DNA of 64,000 bases from Polyangiaceae bacterium (GTDB taxonomy: Bacteria; Myxococcota_A; Polyangia; Polyangiales; Polyangiaceae), in assembly GCA_044376115.1 (NCBI GenBank), contig JBILLK010000010.1, forward strand, positions 128,001-192,000, given 5' to 3'. The notes below the pieces were generated by a model, which was given only the letters and a program-made list of their open reading frames with translations, did no database searches and was not told the DNA's origin. Positions 1 to 9,020 of this stretch are shown piece after piece. Position numbers and translations under genes: made by a program. Numbering within the stretch: position 1 is the stretch's first letter; each line of letters begins with the position of its first letter.

Positions 1-551
1 GCTCGAACGGCTCGTCGCCAACTTGCTCGACATGACCCGGCTAGAGTCGGGAGCCATCGCGTTGAGGCGAGATTGGGTGCCGCTCGAGGAGATGGTTGGC
101 TCGGCCCTGACCCGGCTCGAGACACGACTCGGAGTTCGCGAGGTGACGGTGGCCATCCCCCCAGAGATTCCCTTGGTGCTGGTGGACCCGGTACTCTTCG
201 AGCAGGTCTTCGTGAATCTATTGGAGAACGCCGAGAAGTACACCCCCGCTGGTAGCCCGCTCGAGATCAGCGCCCGGAACGACGCGGATTGCGTCGAGGT
301 GAGCTTTCGCGACCACGGGCCGGGACTCCCTATCGGGTCTGAACAGAAGGTGTTCGAGAAGTTCTTCAGAGGCGCTCACATCGGAGTCGGCGGTGTTGGC
401 CTAGGTCTGCCGATCTGCAAGGGCATCCTCGAGGCACACGGCGGATCGATCCGAGCCGAGACCCACGCCGCTGGCGGTGCTGTTTTTTAACATATCTATC
501 CCGCATTGTGGCGCCCCGCCGTCCATCCCCTCCCCAGCGAGTGATTCATGA
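1..551 (+). CDS. kdpD: Sensor histidine kinase KdpD, C-terminal HATPase part; 5'-truncated by the window edge, with an apparent +1 frameshift in the T6 run at 483-488
   Basis: N-box (QVFVNLLENAEKY), G1 (DHGPG), F (VFEKFFR) and G2 (GLGLPIC) motifs; lies directly upstream of kdpE. The ORF stops at 490, but removing one T extends it to TGA 549-551, which overlaps the kdpE ATG. Confidence 0.85.
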
Positions 552-1249
552 GCGACCTCGATGCCTTGGTACTCGTGGTCGAGGATGAGCCGCCCATGCG
601 CAAGTTCATTCGCGCCTCGCTCGGCTCCCATGGCTACCGCGTGATCGAGGCGGGGCAAGCGACAGAGGCGATCGGCTTGCTCACGAGCCACAACCCGGCG
701 CTGGTCTTGCTGGACCTCGGCCTTCCGGACGGGGATGGGATCGATCTGACGCGGCAAATCCGCGAGTGGACCCGCGTGCCGATCATCGTCTTGTCGGCGC
801 GAGGGCGCGAAGATGACAAAGTCTCTGCCTTGGATGCTGGCGCTGATGATTACCTGACCAAGCCCTTCGGCGTGAATGAACTGCTGGCACGCATGCGGGT
901 CGCACTGCGCCACGCGCAGCCCCAAGGGCCGAGCCAAGTTGCCGAGCCGCTCCAGTTTGGCGAGCTACGCATCGACCTCGTTCGCCGCGAGGTTTTTCTC
1001 GGAGCTGAGGAGCTTCATCTCACTCCCATCGAGTACAAGCTGCTCACCTTGCTCGCACACAATGCGGGTAGGGTGCTCACGCACCGCCAGATCCTGAAGG
1101 AGGTTTGGGGCCCGAGTTACGCCTCCCACGCGCATTACGTGCGCGTGCATATGGCCGAGCTTCGCAAGAAGGTTGAACAGGATCCATCGCGGCCAAAGCT
1201 GCTGGTGACAGAGCCCGGCGTGGGCTACCGCTTACGGGACCGCACCTAA
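548..1249 (+). CDS. kdpE: KdpE OmpR-family response regulator
   Basis: Receiver domain (VEDE, LDLGLPDGDG, DDYLTKPF) plus winged helix (LTPIEY, LRKKVEQDPSRPKLLVTEPGVGYR). Confidence 0.92.
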   Translation: MSDLDALVLVVEDEPPMRKFIRASLGSHGYRVIEAGQATEAIGLLTSHNPALVLLDLGLPDGDGIDLTRQIREWTRVPIIVLSARGREDDKVSALDAGADDYLTKPFGVNELLARMRVALRHAQPQGPSQVAEPLQFGELRIDLVRREVFLGAEELHLTPIEYKLLTLLAHNAGRVLTHRQILKEVWGPSYASHAHYVRVHMAELRKKVEQDPSRPKLLVTEPGVGYRLRDRT

Positions 1250-2320
1250 CGCGCTATCGGGGAGCTGCGGATGCTTCTCTAGCCAGCGCTCGCATTCCAT
1301 GGAGTACTCATTGTGTATTGACGTCTTCTGGGCGTGGTCTTGGCACACTTGGAAGGCACCGTGTCCCTTCTTCTGGTAGGGCTCGGAGGCCTCGTCAATG
1401 GCTGCGTAGTAGGTATCGCGAAGTTCCTCGCGCTCTACCGTCGAGCCGGGGAGCGGACCGACGCCAGCCCACTCTTTGGGGATAGGAGCCGAGCGGAACT
1501 CCAGGACGAACTTGTTCCACATCTGCCCCACGCGCGACGACGAGGCGATAATCCAGTAGGGAGGCGGGGAGGGCTTGAGCCGCGCAACGCTGACGTAGGC
1601 CGCCTCCGCTTCATTCAACAGCTGGCGCCGCGCTTTGAGCCAGGAGGAGAGCTTAGTATTGATATGTTTGAAGACGCTCTCCTTATCGCCTTTGCCGCGG
1701 TAGACCGGAAACAGCTCCTCTTCTGCAAGCAGCCGCTTCTCTTCTCCCGCGTAAAACCATGCTTCACCCACTGCCATAAGGGCTCGGGCAAGGCGAGCCT
1801 GCTTGTCTTGCTCGTCCCCCTCAACCTCCGCCAACTGCTCAGTCCTAGCGGCTGGCTCCTGCCACATTGACCGCACTTGCTGATATTCACGTTGCGCACA
1901 TCGCCGGTCTGATTGCTTGAGGCAGGCCCTCGCGAGCAGCGCGTGCGCCGCTAAAAGCACATCCTGCCCAGCGCTCCTCTCGAGCTCGGGCAGGATCTTC
2001 TGCAACTCGAGACGCGCCTTGAACCACTTGCCCGCCTTGATCTGGGCAGCAGCGGCGGTAAGTCGCTCATCCCCTGGGGAATCGCTTAGCTCGACAAAAC
2101 TCAACGGCTGTTCCGCGACCACCTCCTTCGAGACGGGCGGCGACGGCGGAGCTTCAGCCTGTGCTATCACCTGCGATGGCTGCGTTGACCCGACCGTGGC
2201 CGGAGAGCTCGACGGCAACGACAGCTCGGTGGCCTTGGACGAAGGGTGCCAAACGGAAGGGCCAGCGGAGGAGCACGCAACTAGCGTTAGTGCAGCCCCT
2301 AGAAGGCGGTTGAGCTTCAT
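1232..2320 (-). CDS. Helical/TPR-like lipoprotein, resembling the C-terminus of myxobacterial gliding TPR proteins
   Basis: Lipobox LVAC, Ser/Pro linker, helical C-terminal segment (WIIASSSRVG...APIP...Y...EPY..KG...C...NEYS..C..WL). Confidence 0.6.
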   Translation of the reverse strand: MKLNRLLGAALTLVACSSAGPSVWHPSSKATELSLPSSSPATVGSTQPSQVIAQAEAPPSPPVSKEVVAEQPLSFVELSDSPGDERLTAAAAQIKAGKWFKARLELQKILPELERSAGQDVLLAAHALLARACLKQSDRRCAQREYQQVRSMWQEPAARTEQLAEVEGDEQDKQARLARALMAVGEAWFYAGEEKRLLAEEELFPVYRGKGDKESVFKHINTKLSSWLKARRQLLNEAEAAYVSVARLKPSPPPYWIIASSSRVGQMWNKFVLEFRSAPIPKEWAGVGPLPGSTVEREELRDTYYAAIDEASEPYQKKGHGAFQVCQDHAQKTSIHNEYSMECERWLEKHPQLPDSALGAVP

Positions 2321-2428
2321 GCCGCAGAGAGACAGCCAGGGCGCGCGAGCGTTCCCGAAATGATCGAGGCGCCCTGAGCCATCCCCACCGGCGACTTCGC
2401 GGAGATGGCCCTGCCACCGAAGGCGACA

Positions 2429-3151
2429 TCACATGGCCGCAAACATGCGCTCGACGTTCTTGGGCGCCTTTGCGAACTCCCCGCCAACTTGCTGGGCCAT
2501 GGCGTCAGGAAAGATGTCCTCATCCCCACGCTCGAGGCCATCCAAGATGGCTTTGGCGACTTCGGCCGGGGAGGTCTTCGGCAAGGTGATCTCTCGCGCC
2601 ATGTCGGTATCGACAGGCCCGGGGAAGACCGCGGTCACGCCGATCCCGCGTTTGCCAAGCTCACCTCGCAGAGCCTGGGTGAGCGAGAGCGCTGCGGCTT
2701 TGGAGGCGGAGTAGCCACCAAGTCCAGGCATGCTCGCCAACGCAACCACCGTCAGCACATTCACGATCGAACCCTTCTGTTTCTCAATCGCGGGTAGCAA
2801 CGCGCGTGTTACGGCGAGCGTGCCGAAGTAGTTGGTCCGCATATCCCGCTCAATCGCCTCGAGCGACCCGTCGAGGAGGCCGCCCGAGCCGAGCAGACCT
2901 GCATTGTTGATTAGCAAGTCGAGCGAGTCGACCAGCTTGCCTGCGGCTGCCACCTCTACAGCGTTGGTAATGTCCTATTGCACGGGGACCACGCGCTCCC
3001 CCGACTCGGCGACGAGCCCCGCGAGCGCCTTCGGATCACGCGCTGCCGCGTAGACGGTCGCCGCACCGCGAGCCAGGAGAGCTTGCACCAGCGAGCGACC
3101 AATACCGCGATTAGAACCCGTAACCAGAACCTTGGATCCTTGAAGCTTCAT
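2429..3151 (-). pseudogene. SDR family oxidoreductase interrupted by an in-frame TAG at 2975-2977
   Basis: TGSNRGIG, NNAG and YSASK motifs lie in one frame, with VVPVQ*DITN where VPVQLDIT is expected; GGAG RBS precedes ATG 3151. Confidence 0.85.
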
Positions 3152-3243
3152 GACGTTTCTCCCTTTGCTGGCGCTGTGTCGTGCCTTGATGAAAGGAGTC
3201 TGCCGACGAACGAGCTGGCTCGGTAGCAGCGCCGAGAGAGAGA

Positions 3244-3268
3244 GATTCTTGCAGATGGCGAAAGAATC
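3244..3268. promoter_or_regulatory. Putative LysR binding box (T-N11-A inverted repeat)
   Basis: GATTCTT-N11-AAGAATC perfect 7-bp arms between the divergent SDR and LysR genes. Confidence 0.6.
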
Positions 3269-3283
3269 GAGCAGCATCGGCGG

Positions 3284-4252
3284 GTGGAGTTCGCTGAACT
3301 ATCGACGTTCGTGAGGATCGTGGAGCTTGGAAGTCTGAGCGGCGCCGCGCGCGCCACCGGTCAGAGTCTGCCGACGGTGAGCCGCCAATTGCGCTCGCTG
3401 GAGACTGAGCTCGATAGCCAACTAGCGTTGCGTACGACTCGCCGGCTCACCGTCACCGATGCGGGTCTACGCCTTTATGAGCATGCGCGTCGAGCCTTGA
3501 ATGAGCTCGAACACGCGAAGAGTGTCGCCGGGGCTCGGGCCACGGAGAAGTTGGTGCTCAGCGTGCCGGTAACGCTGGGCCAATTCGTCGTGGTACCGCA
3601 GTTGGCCAAGCTGCTCGCAAGCCGCCCAGGGCTCAGGCTCGAGGTGCGGTTAGAAGACCGCATGACAGAGCTCTTGGCAGAGAACGTCGACGTGGTCGTT
3701 CGCGCTGGGACCAGCCCTCCGGATAGCCCGGACTTGATCGCGCAGCCGCTCTTCAACTTTCACCGGCTATTGGTAGCTGCACCGAGTTACCTGAGAGCGC
3801 GCGCGGCGCCTAAGACGGTTGAGGGTCTGGCAACTCACGAGTGTCTCCTGCAACTCGCTGGAGCGAGCGGCCCCGACCGCTTTGTACTGCACGCGGCGGG
3901 AGAAGAGCGGGTGGTGAGCGTTTCAGGCCGCCTCGCGGCGAGCGCCCCGCTCACGCTGCTCGAGGCGGCCCGCGCGGGGTTGGGTATTGCACTCCTGCCC
4001 TCTTGGCTGGTTCGTGAGGACCTCGAGGCGAAGCGTCTCAAACACGTCTTGTCGGCTTGGCAATCAGCGCAGATCTCAGCCTATGCCGTGTATCGACGCA
4101 GCCTGCGAGGTTCGGCTGGGGTCAAGGCCTTCATCGCGGCCGTTTCTTCGGCTAACCCTTCGCCAGCTCCTGAGCCAATAGGTCAAACACCACGCGCACG
4201 CGCCGTGTCGTATTCAGCTCGCGATGGGTCACGAGCCAAACGGGGAACATGA
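3284..4252 (+). CDS. LysR family transcriptional regulator (CrgA-like)
   Basis: N-terminal HTH (GSLSGAARA...VSRQLRSLE...RTTRRL) and substrate-binding domain; the 3' tail overlaps the convergent LysR gene. Confidence 0.9.
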   Translation: MEFAELSTFVRIVELGSLSGAARATGQSLPTVSRQLRSLETELDSQLALRTTRRLTVTDAGLRLYEHARRALNELEHAKSVAGARATEKLVLSVPVTLGQFVVVPQLAKLLASRPGLRLEVRLEDRMTELLAENVDVVVRAGTSPPDSPDLIAQPLFNFHRLLVAAPSYLRARAAPKTVEGLATHECLLQLAGASGPDRFVLHAAGEERVVSVSGRLAASAPLTLLEAARAGLGIALLPSWLVREDLEAKRLKHVLSAWQSAQISAYAVYRRSLRGSAGVKAFIAAVSSANPSPAPEPIGQTPRARAVSYSARDGSRAKRGT

Positions 4253-5042
4253 CTGGGGGTAAATCCGCGAGCGCGCGGACGACCAATGGCTCACGGTCAG
4301 CTATCGAGCTGTCAATAACGCCAATGCCAAGACCCTGCTTCACCAGCTCCCACATCACCAAGTAATTCTCGGTCATGAATGGGAAGTTGCGTTCGCTTAG
4401 ATTGAGCCCCAGCGCGTTGAGGCCGTTCAGGAATGCGCCCGTACCATCAATGCTGATGAAGTCTGCGCGGGAGAGGTCCTGCGGCCGCTTCGGGTTGCCC
4501 AACCGTTTGAGATAGCTGGGCGTCGCATACAAGCGTGCGGCTGCGTCACGCAGCTTCTTCGCGATCAGGTCAGGCTCACCGGGAGCAAAGTTGCGTATCG
4601 CAATATCCGCCTCTCGCCGCTTTAGATTGCTAGTCCGTGTGGTGGCGACGATCTCGACCCGGATGCCCGGCTCACGCCTTCGCAGCTTGGCCAGAATTGG
4701 CGGAAGCACCAGCGCCGCGACAACCTCGCTCGCCGAAATGCAGATGGTGCCTTCTATCGTCTGGGCGCGCCCCGCTGCCGTCAGGGATATGCGATTAGCG
4801 GCCTCACCCATCGAGCGCACATGCTCAAGCAATTCGTGACCGCTAGGCGTGAGTACAAAGCCACGGCCGACGCGCTCGAATAGCACCACCCCCAACTCTT
4901 CCTCGAGCGCATCCACCTGCCGGCCGAGCGTCGGCTGGGCCATGCCGAGGGCGCGGGCCGCCGCTGACAAGGAGCCCTCTTCTGCTGTGACGAGGAAGGC
5001 GCGAGCCCGATTCCAATCAAAGTTCACCGAGCGCCAATCCAT
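4152..5042 (-). CDS. LysR family transcriptional regulator
   Basis: FDWNRARAFL...GSLSAAARALGMAQPTLGRQ HTH; READIAIR; divergent from the MDR gene. Confidence 0.92.
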   Translation of the reverse strand: MDWRSVNFDWNRARAFLVTAEEGSLSAAARALGMAQPTLGRQVDALEEELGVVLFERVGRGFVLTPSGHELLEHVRSMGEAANRISLTAAGRAQTIEGTICISASEVVAALVLPPILAKLRRREPGIRVEIVATTRTSNLKRREADIAIRNFAPGEPDLIAKKLRDAAARLYATPSYLKRLGNPKRPQDLSRADFISIDGTGAFLNGLNALGLNLSERNFPFMTENYLVMWELVKQGLGIGVIDSSIADREPLVVRALADLPPVMFPVWLVTHRELNTTRRVRVVFDLLAQELAKG

Positions 5043-5155
5043 GCAAAAACGCATATCAGATGCGCGCCGTTGGTCAATTTACCAAACGAGGAGCCAGCCC
5101 TAACTCTCTTATCATGTTGCAACGCATTGAATCGACCCCGGCGCTCACCACCCAC

Positions 5156-6142
5156 ATGAAGGCCCTCGTTTATCAACGATACGGAGCCCCCTCGGTCATC
5201 GAGATCGCTAAGGTCGAGCGGCCCACGCCGCGACGTGACGAGGTGTTGATTCGGGTAGTGGCTAGCACAGTCAGCGCCGCCGATTGGCGCGCACGCAGCC
5301 TGCAAATGCCGCCCGGGTTCGGTCTGTTGGGCCGTCTCTTCTTCGGGGTGTTTGGTCCGCGTAAGAAGGTCCTCGGGACCGAACTCTCCGGAGTCGTCGA
5401 GGCCGTTGGTAGCGCGGTGAAGCGTTTCAAAGCCGGGGATGAGGTATTTGCCTTCACTGGCGCGAGCTACGGCTGTCACTCGGAATGGCGGGTGTTGCCA
5501 GAGAACGGCATGGTCGTGACCAAGCCGGCCAACCTCTCGTTCGAGCAGGCCGCTGCGCTCTCATTTGGCGGCACCACTGCTCTCTGCTTTCTACGCGACA
5601 TGGGTGGTCTCGAGCGTGGAGACAAGGTCTTGGTCGTAGGGGCCTCCGGCGCCATCGGCTCAGCGGCCGTTCAAATCGCGAAGTACTTTGGGGCCGAGGT
5701 GACTGGCGTTTGCAGCACGTCGAATCTCGAGGTCGTCCGCTCGCTCGGCGCCGACCACGTAATCGACTATACGCAGCAGGACTTCGCCCGTAACGGTGAG
5801 CGCTATGACCTCATCCTCGAGACCACCGGCAGCGCGCCGTTCGCACGCTGCGCAGGCTCGCTGACCGACCACGGTCGACTGCTGGTGGTGCTCGGTTCCT
5901 TCGCGCAGGCCCTCGGGTTGGAGCGCCCGCCCCGCGGGAGCGGCAAGAAGGTCATCGCGAGCTTGCCGCGGGTCACCCGGGCTCACCTCGAGTTGCTAGC
6001 AGAGCTCGCAAGGGCCGGCCGCTATCAGCCGCTAATCGACAGTATCCACCCGATGACCGAGGCTGCGCTCGCCCACGCCCGCGTCGACAGCGGCAGAAAA
6101 CGGGGCAACGTCGTGCTCAGGATCGCGTCTTCACGGAAGTAA
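5156..6142 (+). CDS. NAD(P)-dependent medium-chain dehydrogenase/reductase (quinone-reductase-like)
   Basis: MKALVY..YG, GTELSGVVEAVG, GASGAIG nucleotide-binding motif, LGADHVIDY, GRKRGNVV. Start chosen at ATG 5156. Confidence 0.88.
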   Translation: MKALVYQRYGAPSVIEIAKVERPTPRRDEVLIRVVASTVSAADWRARSLQMPPGFGLLGRLFFGVFGPRKKVLGTELSGVVEAVGSAVKRFKAGDEVFAFTGASYGCHSEWRVLPENGMVVTKPANLSFEQAAALSFGGTTALCFLRDMGGLERGDKVLVVGASGAIGSAAVQIAKYFGAEVTGVCSTSNLEVVRSLGADHVIDYTQQDFARNGERYDLILETTGSAPFARCAGSLTDHGRLLVVLGSFAQALGLERPPRGSGKKVIASLPRVTRAHLELLAELARAGRYQPLIDSIHPMTEAALAHARVDSGRKRGNVVLRIASSRK

Positions 6143-6176
6143 GCGAGCGTAGGCGCTAATGTGGCAACATACGTGC

Positions 6177-7805
6177 ATGAAGCGCGCGGCAGTTGGCTAT
6201 TTGGTCCTTATCGCTCAGGTAGTGGCTTGTTCGGATGACGCTGGCAGCGGTGGCGCTGGCGGTGAGGGCGGCGAAGGTGGCAGCGGTGGAGCCGCCGCAG
6301 GCCCGCTGCTGATCGAAACGGATAAGGGCCCGGTCGAGGGTGCGCTGATCGATGGAGTACGCACCTTTCTCGGCATTCCGTTTGCGGCACCTCCTACCGG
6401 TGATCTGCGTTGGCGCGCTCCTGTCCCGGCCGAACCTTGGACGGAGACGCGCTCGGCGATCGCTCGGGGGCCGAGCTGTGCGCAAAACGCAACCTTGAGC
6501 AACGACTACAACGCTAACAGTAGCGAGGACTGCCTAACGACGAACGTCTGGACTCCAGATGATGCAGCCAACGGCTCCCGCCCTGTTTTAGTATGGATTC
6601 ACGGTGGAGGCTTTACGCTGGGAAGCGGTGGGGAGCCGGCCTACGACGGTAAGGTCCTGGCGCAGACGACCGGCGCGGTGGTCGTCACTCTCAATTATCG
6701 CTTAGGCGTTTTTGGCTTCTTGGCGCATCCCGACCTAGCCGCCGAGGACAGCGAGCATCCCTCTTCCGGAGCCTACGGTATCGAGGACCAGCGGGCAGCG
6801 CTGGTATGGGTGCAGGACAACATTGCGGCCTTCGGCGGAGATCCAACGCGCGTCACGGTATTTGGTGAGTCGGCAGGAGGCATCAGCGCCTGTTTCCACG
6901 TGGTCTCGCCGCTCAGCGCGGGGCTGTTCACGAGCGCGATCCTCGAGAGCGGGCCCTGTGATCAGGGGACGCCGCTGGTAGAGGCCGAGGCGCAGGGTGC
7001 GGAGCTCGCCGCAGCCGTCGGCTGCGACGCTGTGCCAGACGTACCAGCCTGTTTACGCGCAAAGCCGCCGGCCGAGCTGTCGACGGCGCTCGCCGGCGGC
7101 TCATTCCTGTTCGGGGACGGCGCGAACTGGTTTCCGGCGATTGACGGTTATAACCTACCGGAGGAGCCGACCCGCATGATCGCCCAGGGTGACTTCAACA
7201 ACGTACCGATCATTCTTGGCTCCAATGCGGATGAGGCAACGCTCTTCTTCGCGCTTGCCGGATCTGAATACGAGATTCAGGACGAAGCGGACTTTGAGGC
7301 ATTGGCCGAGACGCTGATGCCTACGCACGGCGCTGAAGTGGTCGCCCGCTACCCCATAGCGGATTATGGTAGCGCCCAAGCGGCAGCCGAAGCTGCGGTG
7401 GGAGATGCCGGCTTCATCTGTAACGCACGCCGTACCGCGCGCGCCTTTACCGCCAAGGGAGGTAAAGCTTATCTCTATCACTTCACCCATGCCCCAGAGA
7501 ACGCATTGATTCCAGAGTTGGGCGCCTTCCACTCGGCAGAGATTCGCTATGTGTTTGGTGTACCAGGGCAGCTCTTGACCCAGCCGCTAAGCGCCGAGGA
7601 GCTCGGGCTCTCCAAGGAGATGATGGGCTATTGGTTTGGCCTCAGCGAGAAGGGGGACCCCAACGGCGGAGAGCGTGTGCCTTGGCCTGCCTACGACGTC
7701 GAGAGTGACCAACATCTGACCTTGTCCATGTCGATCGCCTCGGGAGCCAAGCTCAAACAGCAGCAATGTGATTTCTGGGACGAGCTCGATTCCGCGGGGA
7801 ATTAG
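6177..7805 (+). CDS. Type-B carboxylesterase/lipase, lipoprotein
   Basis: Lipobox VVAC, Gly-rich tether, FLGIPFAAPP, SEDCL, HGGGF, GESAG nucleophile elbow, AFHSAEI. Confidence 0.93.
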   Translation: MKRAAVGYLVLIAQVVACSDDAGSGGAGGEGGEGGSGGAAAGPLLIETDKGPVEGALIDGVRTFLGIPFAAPPTGDLRWRAPVPAEPWTETRSAIARGPSCAQNATLSNDYNANSSEDCLTTNVWTPDDAANGSRPVLVWIHGGGFTLGSGGEPAYDGKVLAQTTGAVVVTLNYRLGVFGFLAHPDLAAEDSEHPSSGAYGIEDQRAALVWVQDNIAAFGGDPTRVTVFGESAGGISACFHVVSPLSAGLFTSAILESGPCDQGTPLVEAEAQGAELAAAVGCDAVPDVPACLRAKPPAELSTALAGGSFLFGDGANWFPAIDGYNLPEEPTRMIAQGDFNNVPIILGSNADEATLFFALAGSEYEIQDEADFEALAETLMPTHGAEVVARYPIADYGSAQAAAEAAVGDAGFICNARRTARAFTAKGGKAYLYHFTHAPENALIPELGAFHSAEIRYVFGVPGQLLTQPLSAEELGLSKEMMGYWFGLSEKGDPNGGERVPWPAYDVESDQHLTLSMSIASGAKLKQQQCDFWDELDSAGN

Positions 7806-7819
7806 AGGCTAAAAATAAG

Positions 7820-8959
7820 GTGGATGTCGTGCTTGATTTGGAGCGACGCGGAGGCTGGCTGTTCACGACCATAGCGGGTCTGGAATTGCTCCTCGATCAA
7901 CCCGAGGCGCTCGCGCTCGCCTCGGAATACGGGGGTATCGAAGCTTGGCTAGAGGTTCGGCTACCAACCGTGCTCGATAGGATGCGTGGGGAAGCCCTTT
8001 GGGCGAGCACCTCGCAGCAAGCGCTCCGCGAGGAAGTGAAGGTGTTGGCGGTGCAGCTCGAACGGGCGACCCAGCGTCGGTCTTTGCACCTGCGCTGGCG
8101 GGATCGCGTCGACGTGAAGGCAGAGTTCGACCCTTCGGGCGAGCTATGCGCGTTGAGCGGCTGCTTCGACCTTGCTCGGCGCTATCCGAGCTTTGAGCAT
8201 CGTTTTCTCGGTCGCTTCGAGGATCGCCAAACCCATTACGAAGGACAGGCAGAGGAGTTCCAGCTGCGTTTGGATCTCCCGGAAGCAACCCAACTACTCG
8301 AGCCGCTAGGCAGTTTCGGGACTTGGGAACAGAGCCTTCATGCTGAGGTAAGCCGGGTGCTCATGAGCAAAGCAAACCGTGCTTGGCTGGGCCTCAGCCG
8401 CGAGGACGTCGATGCGCAATTGCGCCTAACTACAGTGCAGGCATCCTCCTGCGACGACTGCCTCCATCTGCACTACGCGTGGCCTTTTGGAACGGCGACG
8501 GTACGCTGCCGTAGCGGGTCCGCGGCGCGTATCGACAAGCCAAGCATCGTCGTCTTCCCACGCATGGTCGAACTCCCGCCGTTAGGCGCGGCAACCGTTC
8601 ACGAGGAGGACGGCAAGCTGAGCTATCGAGCGACCGTTCATGGCATTGAGCTTCACTTTGGCGACGCGGCGCTCGTCCACGAAGCCTATGCGCTTGCAAA
8701 CGAAGTTGCCGAGGAAACGGCTAGCTTCGCGGCGCAAGCAGCTCGCTCACTGTTTGATACGTGGGTAAGCCGGTGGCGCAAACCTTCGCACGAGCCAGCT
8801 ACCGTCGAGGGATTGCAGAGCAAGCTAACGTTGCGCCGCATCGAGGTTGATGAGGACTGCCAGACCTTCTGCTTCGATGATGGAGGCGCCTTCCTCGGTC
8901 ATGAGGTGCACTGTGAACGTCGAGACGGCCAATGGCAGGAGGCGTTTCTCTTCGGGTAG
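7820..8959 (+). CDS. Hypothetical protein with a C-terminal DUF2262-like segment
   Basis: 379-aa ORF with AAGG RBS-like upstream sequence; C-terminal FCFDDGGAFLGHEV resembles the DUF2262 signature. Confidence 0.5.
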   Translation: MDVVLDLERRGGWLFTTIAGLELLLDQPEALALASEYGGIEAWLEVRLPTVLDRMRGEALWASTSQQALREEVKVLAVQLERATQRRSLHLRWRDRVDVKAEFDPSGELCALSGCFDLARRYPSFEHRFLGRFEDRQTHYEGQAEEFQLRLDLPEATQLLEPLGSFGTWEQSLHAEVSRVLMSKANRAWLGLSREDVDAQLRLTTVQASSCDDCLHLHYAWPFGTATVRCRSGSAARIDKPSIVVFPRMVELPPLGAATVHEEDGKLSYRATVHGIELHFGDAALVHEAYALANEVAEETASFAAQAARSLFDTWVSRWRKPSHEPATVEGLQSKLTLRRIEVDEDCQTFCFDDGGAFLGHEVHCERRDGQWQEAFLFG

Positions 8960-9020
8960 CTTCGCCCTGATACAGGCGACGTGACGCAATCAACGAGCCA
9001 CCTTCATCGCCAAAAGCCCG

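Noticed and set aside
2975..2977. Programmed recoding (pyrrolysine or readthrough) of the SDR amber codon
   Set aside because: The position is normally Leu, one substitution away; no pyl genes are seen, and TAG serves as a normal stop elsewhere in the window.
3234..3245. (GA)6 microsatellite between the SDR and LysR genes
   Set aside because: Short and intergenic; no evidence of phase variation from a single sequence.
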